Assembly: GCF_006345805.1 (NCBI RefSeq)
Contig: NC_042997.1
Coordinates: 74,338,001 to 74,402,000 of the forward strand
DNA: 64,000 nt
Direction of reading: 5' to 3'
From: Octopus sinensis
Lineage: Eukaryota
This document shows, piece after piece, positions 12,815-25,990 of the stretch (its first letter is position 1; each line of letters opens with the position of its first letter). Both the position numbers and the translations under genes were made by a program. The notes below the pieces were generated by a model. It was not told the origin of the DNA and did not search any database. It saw only the letters and a list, made by a program, of their open reading frames with translations.

Positions 12815-13578
12815 AGTTCAGAGAGCTTTTACCTCTGTCAGCAACCAAAGGTTTCTATCCCCAAGTGAAGGAAAGATTGTATGATGCATGTGTATGAATT
12901 GCGAAACTGCATAGTAGTGAGACTTGGGCCCTGTACAAAGAGGACATGCAAAGACTGGAGATGAACAAAACTGGTATGCTCTGCTGGATGTACAAAGTCA
13001 GTGTGCATGTGCAACAGAGTATAGAGAGAGAAGTTGGGCATAAGAGGAATTATATGCAGTGTGCAAGAGAAGAGACTGTGTTGGTTTGGTCACATGATGT
13101 GAATGGTTGACGACATTTGCATAAAGAAGTACTGATCACTTAAAGTAAAGGGAAGTAGTGGAAGAGGGAATCCCAGGAAAACATGGGAAGAAGTATTAAA
13201 GGCCAATCTCAAAATGCTGAACTTTACAAAGATGACAGAAGACCAAGACGTATAGCGTATTGCTGTACTTGAGAAGACCCACCCATCCACAACAAAACTG
13301 AGATCATAAAACAAAGGTGCAACATAGAAAGCACAGATATGGGTGCTGGTGACATGTAAAAAGCACTGGTGTTAATGCCACATAAAAAGTGCTGGCGATG
13401 GTGCATAACACAAAAAGTACCCAGTACACTCTGTAGTTGGTATTAGGAAGGGCATCCAGTCATAGAAATCAAGCCAAAACAGACTATGGAACTGGGTAAT
13501 GCTCCTGGCCATGCTAGTTCCTATGAAGCCATCCAACCCATGCCAGCATGGAAAATGGACATTAAATGTTGATGATGA
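12815..13578 (+). mobile_element. 5'-truncated RTE (C-terminus plus 3' UTR), degraded
   Basis: LYDACV..SET and RRLCWFGH remnants followed by tail motifs and (GAT)n. Confidence 0.85.
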
Positions 13579-13822
13579 AAAGAATAAGCCTGCTTGACAG
13601 GGATGAGGGTATATTTGAGAAAAAGCAAGATAGATTATGTTAAGAGGCTAAAGTATGGTACAAGGACAAACACAGATGTCTTGCAATAGAGGAAATACAT
13701 GGGTGCCTCACATTATATAAGGATGGATAGGAGTAGCTTGGAAGATGTAAATGGCAGTGGTGAGGTGCCAAAGCAAAATCTCTAGGTACATGAAGGTGAG
13801 TATAAGAGATGGAAAACTACCA

Positions 13823-13865
<43 letters not shown>

Positions 13866-14819
13866 CTGTGTGCCTTTCTTTAACCTTACCATCAGAACAT
13901 CACATCACTGATAAAATTATATTTTTAACTCTCCTCCTCAACTTTCAACTAACCTTTTTAACCATGTAATAAATATTACATTCCCCCTACTTCATGTTAT
14001 GGATGCTTTTCTCTCCCTCTTTTTCTTTCTTCCACTTTCTGTCTCACTTTTCACTTTATCCTCTTTTTCTCTCTCTTTCCCTTCAACTAATTACATGAAA
14101 GCATTACAATAACATTCCCTCTACCTCATGGCATGGATGCTTCTCTCTCCCTCTTATAATCATGTGAAAGCATTACCAATGGGTTAAGTAATGCAATGAA
14201 AAGCAGAATTATTATAAGACTCTCATCTGTGTAAACAGATTTTTAAATTCCCTGCTAGATGAATCCACATATTCAGGGGCTTATTTATATAAGTGAAGAC
14301 TCATGAGCAACTACTAAAACTAATTCCTCTTACCCCACCCACCTTCTCCTTATTAAATTCTGATATGTGCATGCATATGTATGTGTGAATGTAAAGTGTA
14401 TGCATGTGAATGGTTTATGTAGATCTCTACATAATGCTACATACAGTTTTATGTTTTAGACACCTAAGTTAGTTTACTTATATTTACAATTATATATATG
14501 TATATATGATTCTATACCTAATGCACATGTATATATTTCATATACTTATATTTGTACATGGGAATCTTATTGGCACCATATGACTGCTCTACCCAAACCC
14601 ACACCATCCCCTTCCATGTTTGATGGTCTTTACTCCTGAAAACCTTGTGAAATTTGGGGAGATTGTAATCACTGAGTAGCTTATACATATACAACTATTC
14701 CTGCTTTTACTGACATGTCTAAGGATCCACTGCCTCCAGGCAAATTCCCAAGGAAGTACTCCTCCTCTTCCCTGTTGTCAAACACAATCCTCCACTTACT
14801 CTCCCACTCTTTTCATATC

Positions 14820-17720
14820 CACAAACTTAGAACAGCCACAATCAATGTCAGCATTATGCAAAGTAGGTCTGATGAGATTGTTGAAGTTCTCTAGTGGAGC
14901 AATGTAGATGTTTGATGCATGAAAGAGGTAGCTAGATTGCTTGTGGGCAAAGAGCATTGATATGACTTCTTCTGGATAGACTGTAGTGATGGGATAGGCA
15001 GTGTAGGTATACTTTTGGCAGAAAAGTGGTTAGATAAGGTAATCAAGGTAGTTGGGGTATGTGATAGGATTAGCAAGTTAAGAAGAGTCTTGTCTAATGT
15101 AACAGTGACATTTATCGCTGCATATTCTCCATGTGCTGGGCAAGCTGATGAACAGAAGGACTGTTTCTATGAGTCTCTTCGAAGGACAATGACCTTATTA
15201 TCATAGCTGGCAACTTCAACAGTCATGTTGGGCAACACTCCTATAGATTTTATAGTGTGCTTTTACACTAGAAATGAGGTAGGATCAAGGCTCCTGGAGT
15301 TGATGCAAATGACTTGCTGATCTGCAACACTGACTTCAGGAACCTAACCACCTAATTACTTTTCAATCTGGTGAACACACAAGCCAGATTGACCAAAAAC
15401 AAAGATAAAAAGATGCTTGTAAATGAAAAGTCCTTTCTCAGTGAAGAGTATATGACTCAATGTAAAACTGGTCACTCATATAGTTAATCAGATGAGTCAG
15501 GGAAGGTGTCATCCCCAATGACTGGTGTAGCAGCATATTAGTCAGCTGCTACAAGATTAAGGGAGATGCCTTAGATAGAATTATAGAGGTATTAAATTGT
15601 TGAACCAGGTCATGACAGTTATTGAAAGAGTTATAGCCCAATTATTTAGGAACATTATCAGATTAGATAAAAATGCAGTTTGGTTTTGTGCTGGAGAGAA
15701 GCATTACTGATATAATCTTTATAATCAGGCAACTGTAGGAGAAATATTTGGCTAAGAATAAACCATTGAACTTGGCATTTGTTGATTAGAGAAAGCCTTT
15801 GGCAGAGTATCCCACTGTGTGATATGGTGAGCTCTAAGGAAACTAGAGATAGATGAGTGGCTTGTGAAAGCAGTACAGGCCATGTACAGAGATTCTGTCA
15901 GTGAGATGAGAGTTAACCATGAGTACAAGGAGGAATTTAGTGTACAGAAAAGAACAAGGTTCTAGAGAAAACAGAAAGGACTCAACCCCCTTTAGGTAAT
16001 GGTCCTGCTTGATTTTTAGGAAAGGTGTTGGTGGAAATTCCATATGGTGTTCCCAGTGCAAGCTATGGATACACAAGTTGGTGCAGTGAACTAATAGGAA
16101 AGTTAACAGAGAAAGTAGTGTTTGTATGTGGAAGATGCACATGTAGCAATATTGCTATCTTCACTTTTGTGAAAAACATTAGGAATGATCCCGTTTGAAA
16201 TTACAAACATCTTTGGCTAGTTTAACTTTGTTGTGTCCACTGATCTGATTGGTTAGCATCTAAGCACAGTCTGTCTCTCTACTTATTTCGCGCCAGTGTG
16301 TAAACTGACCAATCACGGCTTTCGGATAGGATCTTTCAATTGAGCCATTTTCACTCCATAAATAGGCTGATTATTCCACGATTCACTGTCTTTCGATTCA
16401 AGACCTTCTAAGGTCTGGTCGGAGACCACACAGAGCTTACTCAACATGTTCCATTTCGAAAGACAGACGGCAGCCAAGCCAACCATACTATGAAGACACA
16501 GTTGTATACCAGTGACAGACAGAACGTCATAACCAACGTCGTCTCCATCTCCAAAATTTCAACTTGTACACAACAAGATAAATACACAGATTTAACTCAA
16601 GCTGTTTGTGTGAAACTATCACCACGGAAAAACAATTGCAGTATATATATTTGAAAGAGCATCTATATCAAGAGAAGCCTGCACAACAAGTGACTCAACT
16701 AATCTCTGCTTCAAGACCCAAATCTTGTTATAGAACTTATTATCGTGTACTACATGAACTGGTAAAATAACTCTATCTTAACTCAATATGTTGAAACTTC
16801 TCTTATGCTCTGTTGTATTCGCATGCACCTTTATCTGTACCTTTTGTCGCACACACGAACATACACACAAATATTATACGCATGCATTCATACCACAACA
16901 CTACACTAGTAATCACAACTCACTTTGTACACTGTGAATAAAATCTATCTTCTCTCTATAAAAGTAGAACGGCTTGGTGTCCTTCATTCCTTTCCTATAG
17001 CACTGTATAATCCAAACATGTATTATGGCTGCTCTTATTATTATGTTATGTAGGATGCGGCTGTGTGGCGTACAACAGGAGACCTATGTCACCAACCTCC
17101 TTACGTACGGTCATATAAATTCCTAACATACAGAAACCATAAAGTCTACAGTTACATGGGAAATTGATTTTTTCAAAAGCCTCAGAGGTTCTATAGAGGT
17201 AGTGGATAATTTCTGCTTACTAGGGGACCTAATCAGCAGTGGAGGAGGGTATATAAAAAGTGTAATTGCTTGAATAAGAATATAATGGAGAAAATTTTAT
17301 GTCTCTTTCTCTGAGTAATGCATGTGTATGAACAGCAATGCTATATGACATTGAGACATGAGCCCTGAATACAGAGGATATGTGAAATCTAGAGAGAATT
17401 GAAGTTAGCATGTTCCACTGGATGAGCAATGTCAGTGCACAGAGCACTAGTGTACTGAGAGAAAAGCTAGGCATAAGAGGAATTAGATGCAGTGTACATG
17501 AAAGAAGACTATTTGGTCATGTGATGTTTATGGATGTGGATAGTTGCATACAGAGGTGCTGATTACTTAAAGTGAATGGATGTTGGAACCCCAGGAAGAC
17601 ATAGGACGAAGTATTGAAGTTCAATCTCCAATCTAAAGATGCTGAGCCTTATGAAGGAAATGACAAAAGACCAAGATATCTGGCATCTTGTTGTACTCCA
17701 GAAGACCTGTCCACCATAGC
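14820..17720 (+). mobile_element. Degraded RTE LINE (APE plus RT remnants) split by an LTR-like insert
   Basis: ATINV, AEKWLDKVI and AYSP remnants, then QFGF and KAF. RTE sequence resumes at 17129 (acagaaaccataaag). Confidence 0.85.
16142..17128. mobile_element. Putative solo LTR (987 bp), related to 3699-4817
   Basis: TGTAGC...CCTAACA termini. Flanks CACA and TACA (4-bp TSD, 1 mismatch). Shares ttgttgtgtccact..tctgattggtt, accaatc and aaggtctgg with the 3699 element. Confidence 0.65.
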
Positions 17721-17851
17721 AGAATTGATATCCTAAAACCAACTCTACTCCACCCCACCTCCATACTCTCTAACCTATTTGTCTTTCCTCCATACTTCAT
17801 TCCCCAAAATTCATTACATCTCTATCTCATGAGAGCAGAGTAGGTACATAC

Positions 17852-19144
17852 GAGGGACGTTCACTAAGTAATGCCTCTGACCCACTTGCAGTTGTTTGAT
17901 CTAGCAGAAATTTTGCATGTGCAATTATTTATATCTCTATAGATTAAGTGGCAAATTACAGCTCTGAACTAATTGTGATTTCTGATTTACAGGTGTTTGA
18001 ACTGAGTCAAGTCTGAAATGGAGCCTGTTGAGTGTCGAGCAGTGATTCGGTTTTTGTATTTGAAAGGACGCACACCACGGGAGACTTTTGATGAAATGAA
18101 AGTAACTTATGGTGATGATGCCCCATCATTTGACCTTGTAAAACGCTGGCATCGTGAATTTAAACATGGTCGGAACTCTGTGGAAACAGCTCCCAGATCT
18201 GGTCGCCCCCCCTTCTGCCATTGATGAGGCATCTGTCCATCAAGTTGAGGCTGCCATTTTGGAAGATCGACGCATAACTATTCGCCAAATAGCCCATGAG
18301 GTCAAGATTAGTACCAGGTCTGTGGAAACTATCATTCATGACCATTTGCATATGCAAAAGGTGTCTGCCAGATGGATTCCCAGGTTGCTCACACCTTTCC
18401 AGAAGCAAGAACGCGTCGATTGCTGGAGGATGAATTTGGAGATGTGCCAAGAAGATGAGTCAAACTTTTTCAAAAGACTGATTACACAGGATAAAACCTG
18501 GGTCCATCACTATGATCCAGAGACCAAAGCCCAGTCAATGCAGTGGAAGCACCGTGACTCACCTCCTCCAAAGAAGGCAAGGGTGCAGCCCTCCGTTGGC
18601 AAGGTCATGCTCACAGTCTTCTGGGACCAGGACGGAGTAGTGATGACAGATTTCCTGGCAAAGGGTACCACAATTACAGAAGCCTATTATGCTTCACTTC
18701 TGAGGAAATTAAGAGAAGCTATCAAAATCAAGAGGCGGGGCAAGATCAGCAAAGGCATCCTCCTCCTGCAGGACAACACTCCGGTCCACAACTCGCGTGT
18801 TGCCAGATCAGAAGCACAGGCGTGTGGCTATGAATTCCTCCCCCATACCCGCTACTCTCCTGACCTTGCACCCTCTGATTTTCACCTCTTCCCAGCCATG
18901 AAGTTGTTTTTGAAAGGAAAGCGTTTCCCAGATGATGAAGTCTTGATTTCTGAAGTCACGTCTTGGTTGGAGGACCAAGCTGGGGTCTTCTACAAAAACG
19001 GTCTCCAGAGCTGCATCAAACGATGGGAGAAATGCGTAACTCTGGGTGGTTTCTATGTAGAAAAAGACTAATAACTGTGCCAAGTTTCGTTGCTCTACTG
19101 CTATGGGAAGTGGGTCAGGGGCATTACTTATTGAACGCCCCTCG
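17852..19144 (+). mobile_element. Full-length mariner (DD34D) transposon, 1293 bp
   Basis: TA TSDs at 17850-17851 and 19145-19146. TIRs cgagggacgttcactaagtaatgcctctgacccactt and aagtgggtcaggggcattacttattgaacgcccctcg. Confidence 0.97.
18018..19071 (+). pseudogene. Mariner transposase with one frameshift near 18210
   Basis: MEPVECRAVIRFL..RSGRPP, then WIPRLL, TQDKTWVHHYDP, QDN, YSPDLAPSDFHLF. Confidence 0.93.
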
Positions 19145-19594
19145 TATTACACCCCACTGCTTTCTCAGCTTCCATCCTCCCCATCTTGGGCCAGTTCCAT
19201 TTCCCATTATCTTCCTCCATATACTGTCTCCACCAATCACCTCCTTTCTGTGCCTTCCCTCCCTTACGATGTTCCTCATCATTAACATCTCACTTATCTA
19301 CTGCAAACCCCTCCATCTATATCACCTCATTTATGCTCACCAATGCCAATTTCCCTTGAGGGCGTGTCTTGCTACCATCTCTTTCACTATTGCTCTTTTT
19401 ATCTTACTCTCTCACTCAACTGCTCTCTTTATCCTACACCCTAACTCACTCTCCTTTCTCTTCCAACTGGTGTATCTATACATCTACTCTACAGCAAGAC
19501 ACATATCCTTCTTCTTTCATACATTTATCTATCAAATGACACAAAGCTACTCCATCTCAATAATACTCCCTCCTCCCAGATGAGGAGTTTTGTC

Positions 19595-19802
19595 TTGCAA
19601 GACTTTGTTGATGTGGGTGCCACATAAAATGCACTGGCATTGGTGCTCTGTAAAAGTCACCCAGTACACTCTGTAAAGTGGTTGGCATTAGAAAGGGAAT
19701 CCAGCTGTAGAAATCATGCTGGAACAGACAAGGTAGCCTAGTGTGACTACTGGCCTTACCAGCTCCTGCCAAACCATCCTACCTAAGGCAGTATGGAAAA
19801 TG
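19595..19802 (+). mobile_element. RTE 3'-UTR-derived short repeat
   Basis: Motif acactctgtaaagtggttggcattagaaagggaatccagctgtagaaa. Confidence 0.75.
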
Positions 19803-19959
19803 AAAAACAATCAGTGAGATCTTCCTATAACATGCCAATGAAATACAAAATTCAAAACTCACCCCACAATCCTATACAACAAATCCACACTGTAAACTAT
19901 GTTAATAACATTAACCAATCTGATTACAACATTGTAATCAGGTTGGTGGATGTTATTAG

Positions 19960-20280
19960 TGTGATCACTTTTTAGATCTTGTCATCAGAAAAAGAAATAC
20001 ATGGTGACACCATACAAACAAGATTAGACCGAAAAAATAAAAAAATATCAATTTTTTATCATTAAATATGAATGGCACAAAAATTAACATTCTCTCTAAA
20101 GGACTAAAATTTACACCAATCCCTCAAAGAAGCAATTACATTGAAATGAAAGATAGTATTTCTGAATTCTATAGAACATTATAACTCACAGAAGGGCTGT
20201 ACAACAAGAACAAGGATAATGAATTGATTGTAAGAAATAAAAGCAACTCCACTCTACTCCACTCCACCAAAAGTACATTT
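19960..20280 (+). mobile_element. Possible Penelope-like N-terminal remnant
   Basis: Only the short motif ILSKGLKFTPIP supports this. Confidence 0.3.
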
Positions 20281-20321
20281 TAAATTATCCATATCAACTC
20301 TTTCTCTCTCACACACTCACT

Positions 20322-20382
<61 letters not shown>

Positions 20383-20541
20383 CTCCAAATCAAACCAGCA
20401 AGAGTGAGTGGGACAACATAAAGGAATTTTTTAAATGATAAGAAAAAACTGTTAAAGAGGCTAATAAAAGAAATGTAGTAGTCATGATGGATACCGTCTA
20501 CTACAAAATCTTGTCTAATCCATGTTTCAGAATGATACACA

Positions 20542-21793
20542 CAAGGGTTGGTTGAATGTTCTTAGGCTGACCAAGACACACTCATGAAATGAAAGAGGTT
20601 TATTTTTCAACATAGACCCCATGCAATCCACACACTACTTCCATCAGTGCTGCAGTGCTTGAATCCCATTGATGAAAAAGCTTTCATCCTGCTGCTCAAA
20701 AAAGTCATCAACAGCAGATATGACATCATCATCATCACTGTAATATTGGTTCCCAGCCAAGTGTTTTTTTTTTATTTTGGGAATCAGATGATAGTTAGAT
20801 GGGGCCAAATCAGGAGGATAGGGATGGTGATCAAACAGTTGAAAGACACAGTCAAGCACTGCAACAATTGAAACCAAGGACTTGTGTGCTGGAGCATTGT
20901 CTTGAAACAAGACTCCTTTCATCAGTTTTTCTAGTGAGTTTGATCTTGATAGCCTTGCATAACTGCCTCAGCAAGTTGGCATAGTACTTTCCATTGATGG
21001 TGTGGCCCTTTTGAAGATTGTCAGTAAATCTTTTACATCCCAAATAACTGAGGCCATCACTTTACCTGCAGATGAAATGACCTTGTCCTTCTTTGGAGCA
21101 GGTGAGGTGGGGTGTTTCCATAGCTTGGATTGTCTCTTTGTCTCTGGCTCAGAGTGATGAACCCAACATCCATCTCGGGTTAGGAAATATACAAGGAAAC
21201 CAGCTGGATCAGCCTCAACAATGTCAGATTTTCTCATGATGTGATCAGCTTTGGTCAAGTGTCAGAAGACATGGCATTTACCAAACAGAAACCATATCAA
21301 GTTCATTGTGCAGAATATTCTCAAATCTCTCACGGGATATGCTAATAGCATTGGCTATTTGATTTATAGTCAATCACTCATCACCCACCACCATGTGGTG
21401 AACACAATCAATATTTGTCTCTGTGGTGGCAATTGCAGGACGTTCAGATCTTGGGTCATCTTCAAGACTGACTTTAGCTGCCCACTTGTGCACTGTTGAT
21501 AAAGCTGGAGCATCATCCCTTAATGTAACAAGCATTTGAGCATGAATGTCCTTGGGGGTGAAACCCTTTTTCTGTAAATACTTGATAACACATGATACTA
21601 AATTTTGTCCATTTTCAAGAGAAATCGCAACTAGTTACTTTTGAAGTCTTCTTTGAACAGTCAGATGTTTAGCTTACCTGGAAAGAAACAATAGTGGTAT
21701 TAATAAAAAGAGTTGAAATTAATGCATGTGAGATTTTCCAGGTATGGCATCACTCCTTTATAGTCAACCTATAAACTTTTCAGCTCACCTTTG
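20542..21793 (-). mobile_element. Degraded mariner (second family) with decayed TIRs
   Basis: WVHHSEPETKRQS..SAGKVMASVIWD, FQDNAPAH, PYPPDLAPSNYHL. TIR remnants caagggttggttgaatgttcttaggctgac and gtcaacctataaacttttcagctcacctttg followed by TA. Confidence 0.88.
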
Positions 21794-22079
21794 TACTATG
21801 AAAAGGCCCAAAACTATGATCATAAAAAGAAGAGAAACCTTACATTATTAGTAAACTTATATTGAAAAGGACTCATTAACAAAGAATATGACTAGATTAC
21901 CAACTTTAGATATAAATCTAGCCTCTTCTTCAGCATACAAAAAATTTCACAAAAATGGTTGTCTTACAAAGGAAATAGCGTCAACAGTATTTTTTCTTGG
22001 CACAAAACCAAACTGTATCATATCTAGTCTAATTCTATTTCTATTAAATTAGGCTATAACTTTTTCAGTAACATTCTTG

Positions 22080-22330
22080 ATCTGGTTCAGCAATTTCATA
22101 CCTCTGTAATTACTTCTCTCTAAGAGGCATCTTCTTTACCCTTGTAACAGCTGACTATAATGCTGCTACACCAGTCATCGGATATTACACCTTCCAGTAT
22201 AACCAATTAACTATATGAGTGACTAGACCATACCCAACTTACCATATATTTTAAGCATCTCAGTGGTGATTTCTGATGGATCATTTTTCCAGGCGTGTCT
22301 TTCTGCTTTTTTAGCTCCGTCTACTTCACT
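22080..22330 (-). mobile_element. RTE RT fragment
   Basis: Reverse complement of the gaaatgct...gactggtgtagcagcattatagtcagctg...ggtatgaaattgctgaacc region. Confidence 0.7.
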
Positions 22331-22458
22331 GTTTCATCACCTTGGTTTGACTATGACTTTGCACCCAATTTAATCTGAAGCCCTCAATAGGTTCTCCTAT
22401 AGGAACTTCCAGTTGCCCTCTATACAATATATCTATAACTCTTTCCCCCTCCTCCTCC

Positions 22459-22459
22459 T

Positions 22460-22496
<37 letters not shown>

Positions 22497-22567
22497 CCAC
22501 CACCAACACCAACACCACCAACACCTACCACCCACCACCACCACCACCACCACCACCACCACCACCA
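22459..22567. repeat. Compound (CAT)n/(CAC)n microsatellite
   Basis: Direct reading. Confidence 0.95.
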
Positions 22568-22781
22568 GATGATGAAGCCTTGATTTCTGAAGTCACGTCG
22601 TGGTTGGAGGACCAAGCTGGGGTCTTCTACAAAAACGGTCTCCATAACTGCATCAAACAATGGGAGAAATGCGTGACTCTGGGTGGTTTCTATGTAGAAA
22701 AAGACTAATAACTGTGTCAAGTTTCGTTGCTCTACTGCTATGGGAAGTGGGTCAGGGGCATTACTTATTCAACGCCCCTCG
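22565..22781 (+). mobile_element. Orphan right end of the 17852 mariner family
   Basis: Nearly identical to 18928-19144, including TIR plus TA. Joined to a (CAT)n(CAC)n tract at CCA. Confidence 0.95.
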
Positions 22782-23091
22782 TACATAACAAGAATCCATG
22801 TCTATTATTTCTGTATGTAACCATTATATATACACATGGATACACACATACATAAACACATATGTACACAGACATGTCTACAATTATACACCTTACATGC
22901 ATGCATATATGTATGACAAGGCAAAAGGGAATATACTGCTGAGGAAATAAATCATGTACATCTCAATAAAAATGATGGTAGATAGAATGGGGTAAGAATG
23001 GAGCAGGCACTCATATTGTTTATTCAATGAGAAATCCCTGTTAGAATAAACTTGTTGCTACTCAGACATAATAATTTTAGCAATGCTCTAC

Positions 23092-23289
23092 ACTCTTTTA
23101 CTTTTTTATACTCTTTTACTTGTTTCAGTCATTTGACTGCAGCCATGCTGGAGCACCGCCTTTAGTCGAACAAATCAACCCCAGGACTTATTCTTTGTAA
23201 GCCTAGTACTTATTCTATCAGTCTCTTAGGCCAAAAACACACCACCATCAGTTGTCAAGCGATGTTGGGAGGACAAACACAGACACACA

Positions 23290-23354
<65 letters not shown>

Positions 23355-25494
23355 TATATATATATGACAGGCTTCTTTCAGTTTCCGTCTACCAAATCCA
23401 CTCACAAGGCTTTGGTCGGCCCAAGGCTATAACAGAAGACACTTGTCCAAGGTGCCACATAGTAGGAATGAACCCGGAACCATGTGGTTCATAACCATGC
23501 TACTTTATTTCAAAATTTTGCCATAAAGGCATGACACAGAGTAGCTTGCAGGCTGGACAAAAACATTGATGAAGATAAAAAACGCCCGCTGATTTTTTGC
23601 TTCTCTAAAACATTTTGTTTTTTTTTTGTTTTTACACAAGAAAAAACAAAACAAGGTATCAAACCTCTTCAATTCTTACAATTAATGGATTTAATAGTTC
23701 ATTACAAATTGAGGAGCTGAGCCTCTTACACACAATAACATACAATAAACATTTAGGCGCTAAAGCCTCTTTATCCTTCCTCCCCAACCAGACTGTATGC
23801 CTCCTGTAGGCAATGCTCCAGCTCCAGGTTGGGTCCCCCGTAGTCATCTGTGGAGGTCAATCCAGGTCTTCAGTCTAGGGCATGGGTTCCCCCCTCCGGT
23901 CCTCTAGCTTCCTTAAGAAGCTCGGTATTGCCCCACCCTTATGGAAGAAGATAACAAAATCCTCTCTCATCGCTCTGGGAGGGGCACAGTTTCCTCTGTC
24001 AGTGGTACACTTCCCACCGACAAAGTTTCAGGGCATGCTGGCAGTGTACCATCAACTGCCAGCAATGTCCCGTTCTTTTTCTTTTTTCTTTTTCTTCCCT
24101 TTTCTACGAGAGGGTGTGGTACCTCCGCTTTATCCGAGGGATCTTCCTCCCCTCCTGCAGCTTTAGGGTCATTCAGTGGACAACCATTGTTTCCCACCTT
24201 CTTTCTTTCTTTCTTTTCTTGAGGAGGTCTTCACCTCCTTGATCGCCTCCATCTCTCCCTCCAATGGGGGAGCGGACGTGCTACTTTTATCAACTGCTCC
24301 AGGACCTTACCTTGGTCTTGGTCCTGGGGTAGTTTTTCTTAATGTGGCCCAGTTCCAGGCACAGGTGACACTTGGGGGGGGGGACGTCCCTCAAGAATCA
24401 CCGGATACCTAGAACTGGCCATCCTCAAAAAATCTGGAAAAACCAGATCATTGGTTGATTGGGTCCACAGGGTCAAAACTGCTTTCGACCCCACCCAATC
24501 AGCTGCAAGCAACACTTAAGAGCTTGACTCTGCTGCCACCCAGGCCGTGGTGGATAGTGTCTTCTATCCTCTTGGGTTCTATCCCAGGTGGCAGCCCACA
24601 TACCCAAGCTCTTGTTAATTTCTTCCCACTATATGTGGGAAGAAACAGAATTTTTTGCTCTTCTAAGGGCTGGCTCACAAAATTATGAGCCTCCTCCAGG
24701 GTGTCAAATAGCAACCACACTGTTGCATATTTGACACCCCTTGCAATAAAGTTAATAGTTGGCAGATATTCTGCCAACTCTTTCTCAATTTCAATTTGAG
24801 AGAACACAGTGATGGTGTCAAGAGACTTGGAATACATCCTCAACATCACCATTCTCTCATTGAAGTCTTTTACCCACTGCTTGTGGGGTACAATCTCCCA
24901 CTCCAATGTAGTGTTTATCTTCTTTGCTATGCTTGCAGAGAAGAAAGGAAAGTCCAAAAAATGTTCAACCAAAAAGTCCAAACAAAGTCAAAAACAAAAA
25001 AAAATGAACAGAAAGACAGAGCAGAGAAAAAGAACAAAGGAAGACAGTTCAAGTCATGGCAACACAATTCCAGCCACTTGGTAATCCTGGCCCACAGTTA
25101 TTCCAAAAAAATGGTACTCCACACAGGTACTCCAGGTTACAGTATCAGCAAGAACACACAAGAAATCCTCCATGAATTGGTTGAATTTTCTAAAAATTTT
25201 CACAAATTTTGGTGATGAGACACGCCCACCAAACAACAATTCTCACAGCTAAGCGAGTCACTTAGCACGACTGCAGCAGACAAATGTCCAAGACTCAGTG
25301 AGATTTTCTTATTCGAAAAAAAATACAATGTCAAATAAAAAAACCCACTGAATCCCCCCCCAAAAAACAGATGCCTACCTTACAGTCGTGCCTTCAATAT
25401 TTCTTCATTTCAGGACGGCTACAAAAGTACATCCTGACAGTATTCCATGTGGAAGCAACTAACCAAGCTACTTACCACACAGCCACTCCTGTGC
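23092..25494 (-). mobile_element. tRNA-derived octopus-type SINE split by a 1.95-kb insertion (body 23092-23505, head 25460-25494)
   Basis: Same sequence as the intact copy at 63310-63712. The head continues after the insert as taaccaagctacttaccacacagccactcctgtgcc. Confidence 0.9.
23506..25459 (-). mobile_element. ORF1-only Tx1/L1-type retroelement (HAL1-like)
   Basis: 14-bp TSD taacca(t/a)gctactt at 23492-23505 and 25460-25473. ORF1 pieces INFIARGVKYATV, PTYSGKKLTRAWVCGLPPGI and EGRPPPKCHLCLELGHIKKNYP align with ORF1 at 57600-58350. A-rich tract at 23613-23633. No APE or RT motifs seen. Confidence 0.75.
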
Positions 25495-25639
25495 CTACTG
25501 TAATTTTTTTTATTACTAGAACTTCATAATAACATTTTCAGTAATTACGTATGAATAGTGGCCATCTAATATATCACTGAAAAATTAAAACTGACAGGAA
25601 TCATTTTATTTTTAAATAAGATACATCTGCAGTTTATAC

Positions 25640-25990
25640 CAGTGCTTGGAAGTAAAGCATGTAGAATGTGGTCATCTCAAAACAGAAGATCAGGTTTCAG
25701 CTGCACAGAATCTCCTGATTGTGTCAAAGAAGATGAAAACTTTTTAAAAACAGTCATACCAGGTAACAATTTGAATGACTGAGCCTTGGTTTCAGGCTAT
25801 GACTCTGAAACCAAGGCTCAGTCTTTGCAGTGGAAGAACCCAACCAGAGATCAAGATGTTGAGGAAATCCTTGCAACACTGCAGCTGCATGCTATCCCAA
25901 AACAGGAGTTTCAGGAATGCTTCCATCAATGTTGAATTGATATGTATTGTAGTTTTCTTTTTCAGCATCAGCCTTGATACTTTCTGATTA
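25640..25990 (+). mobile_element. Internally deleted mariner remnant
   Basis: EDENFLKTVI.G, SGYDSETKAQSLQWK, AIPKQEFQECFHQ. Confidence 0.7.

Noticed and set aside
23575-23600. Bacterial terminator-like AAAAAACGCCCGC motif suggesting horizontal capture
   Set aside because: Only one arm is present, with no complementary GC stem and no other bacterial signal.
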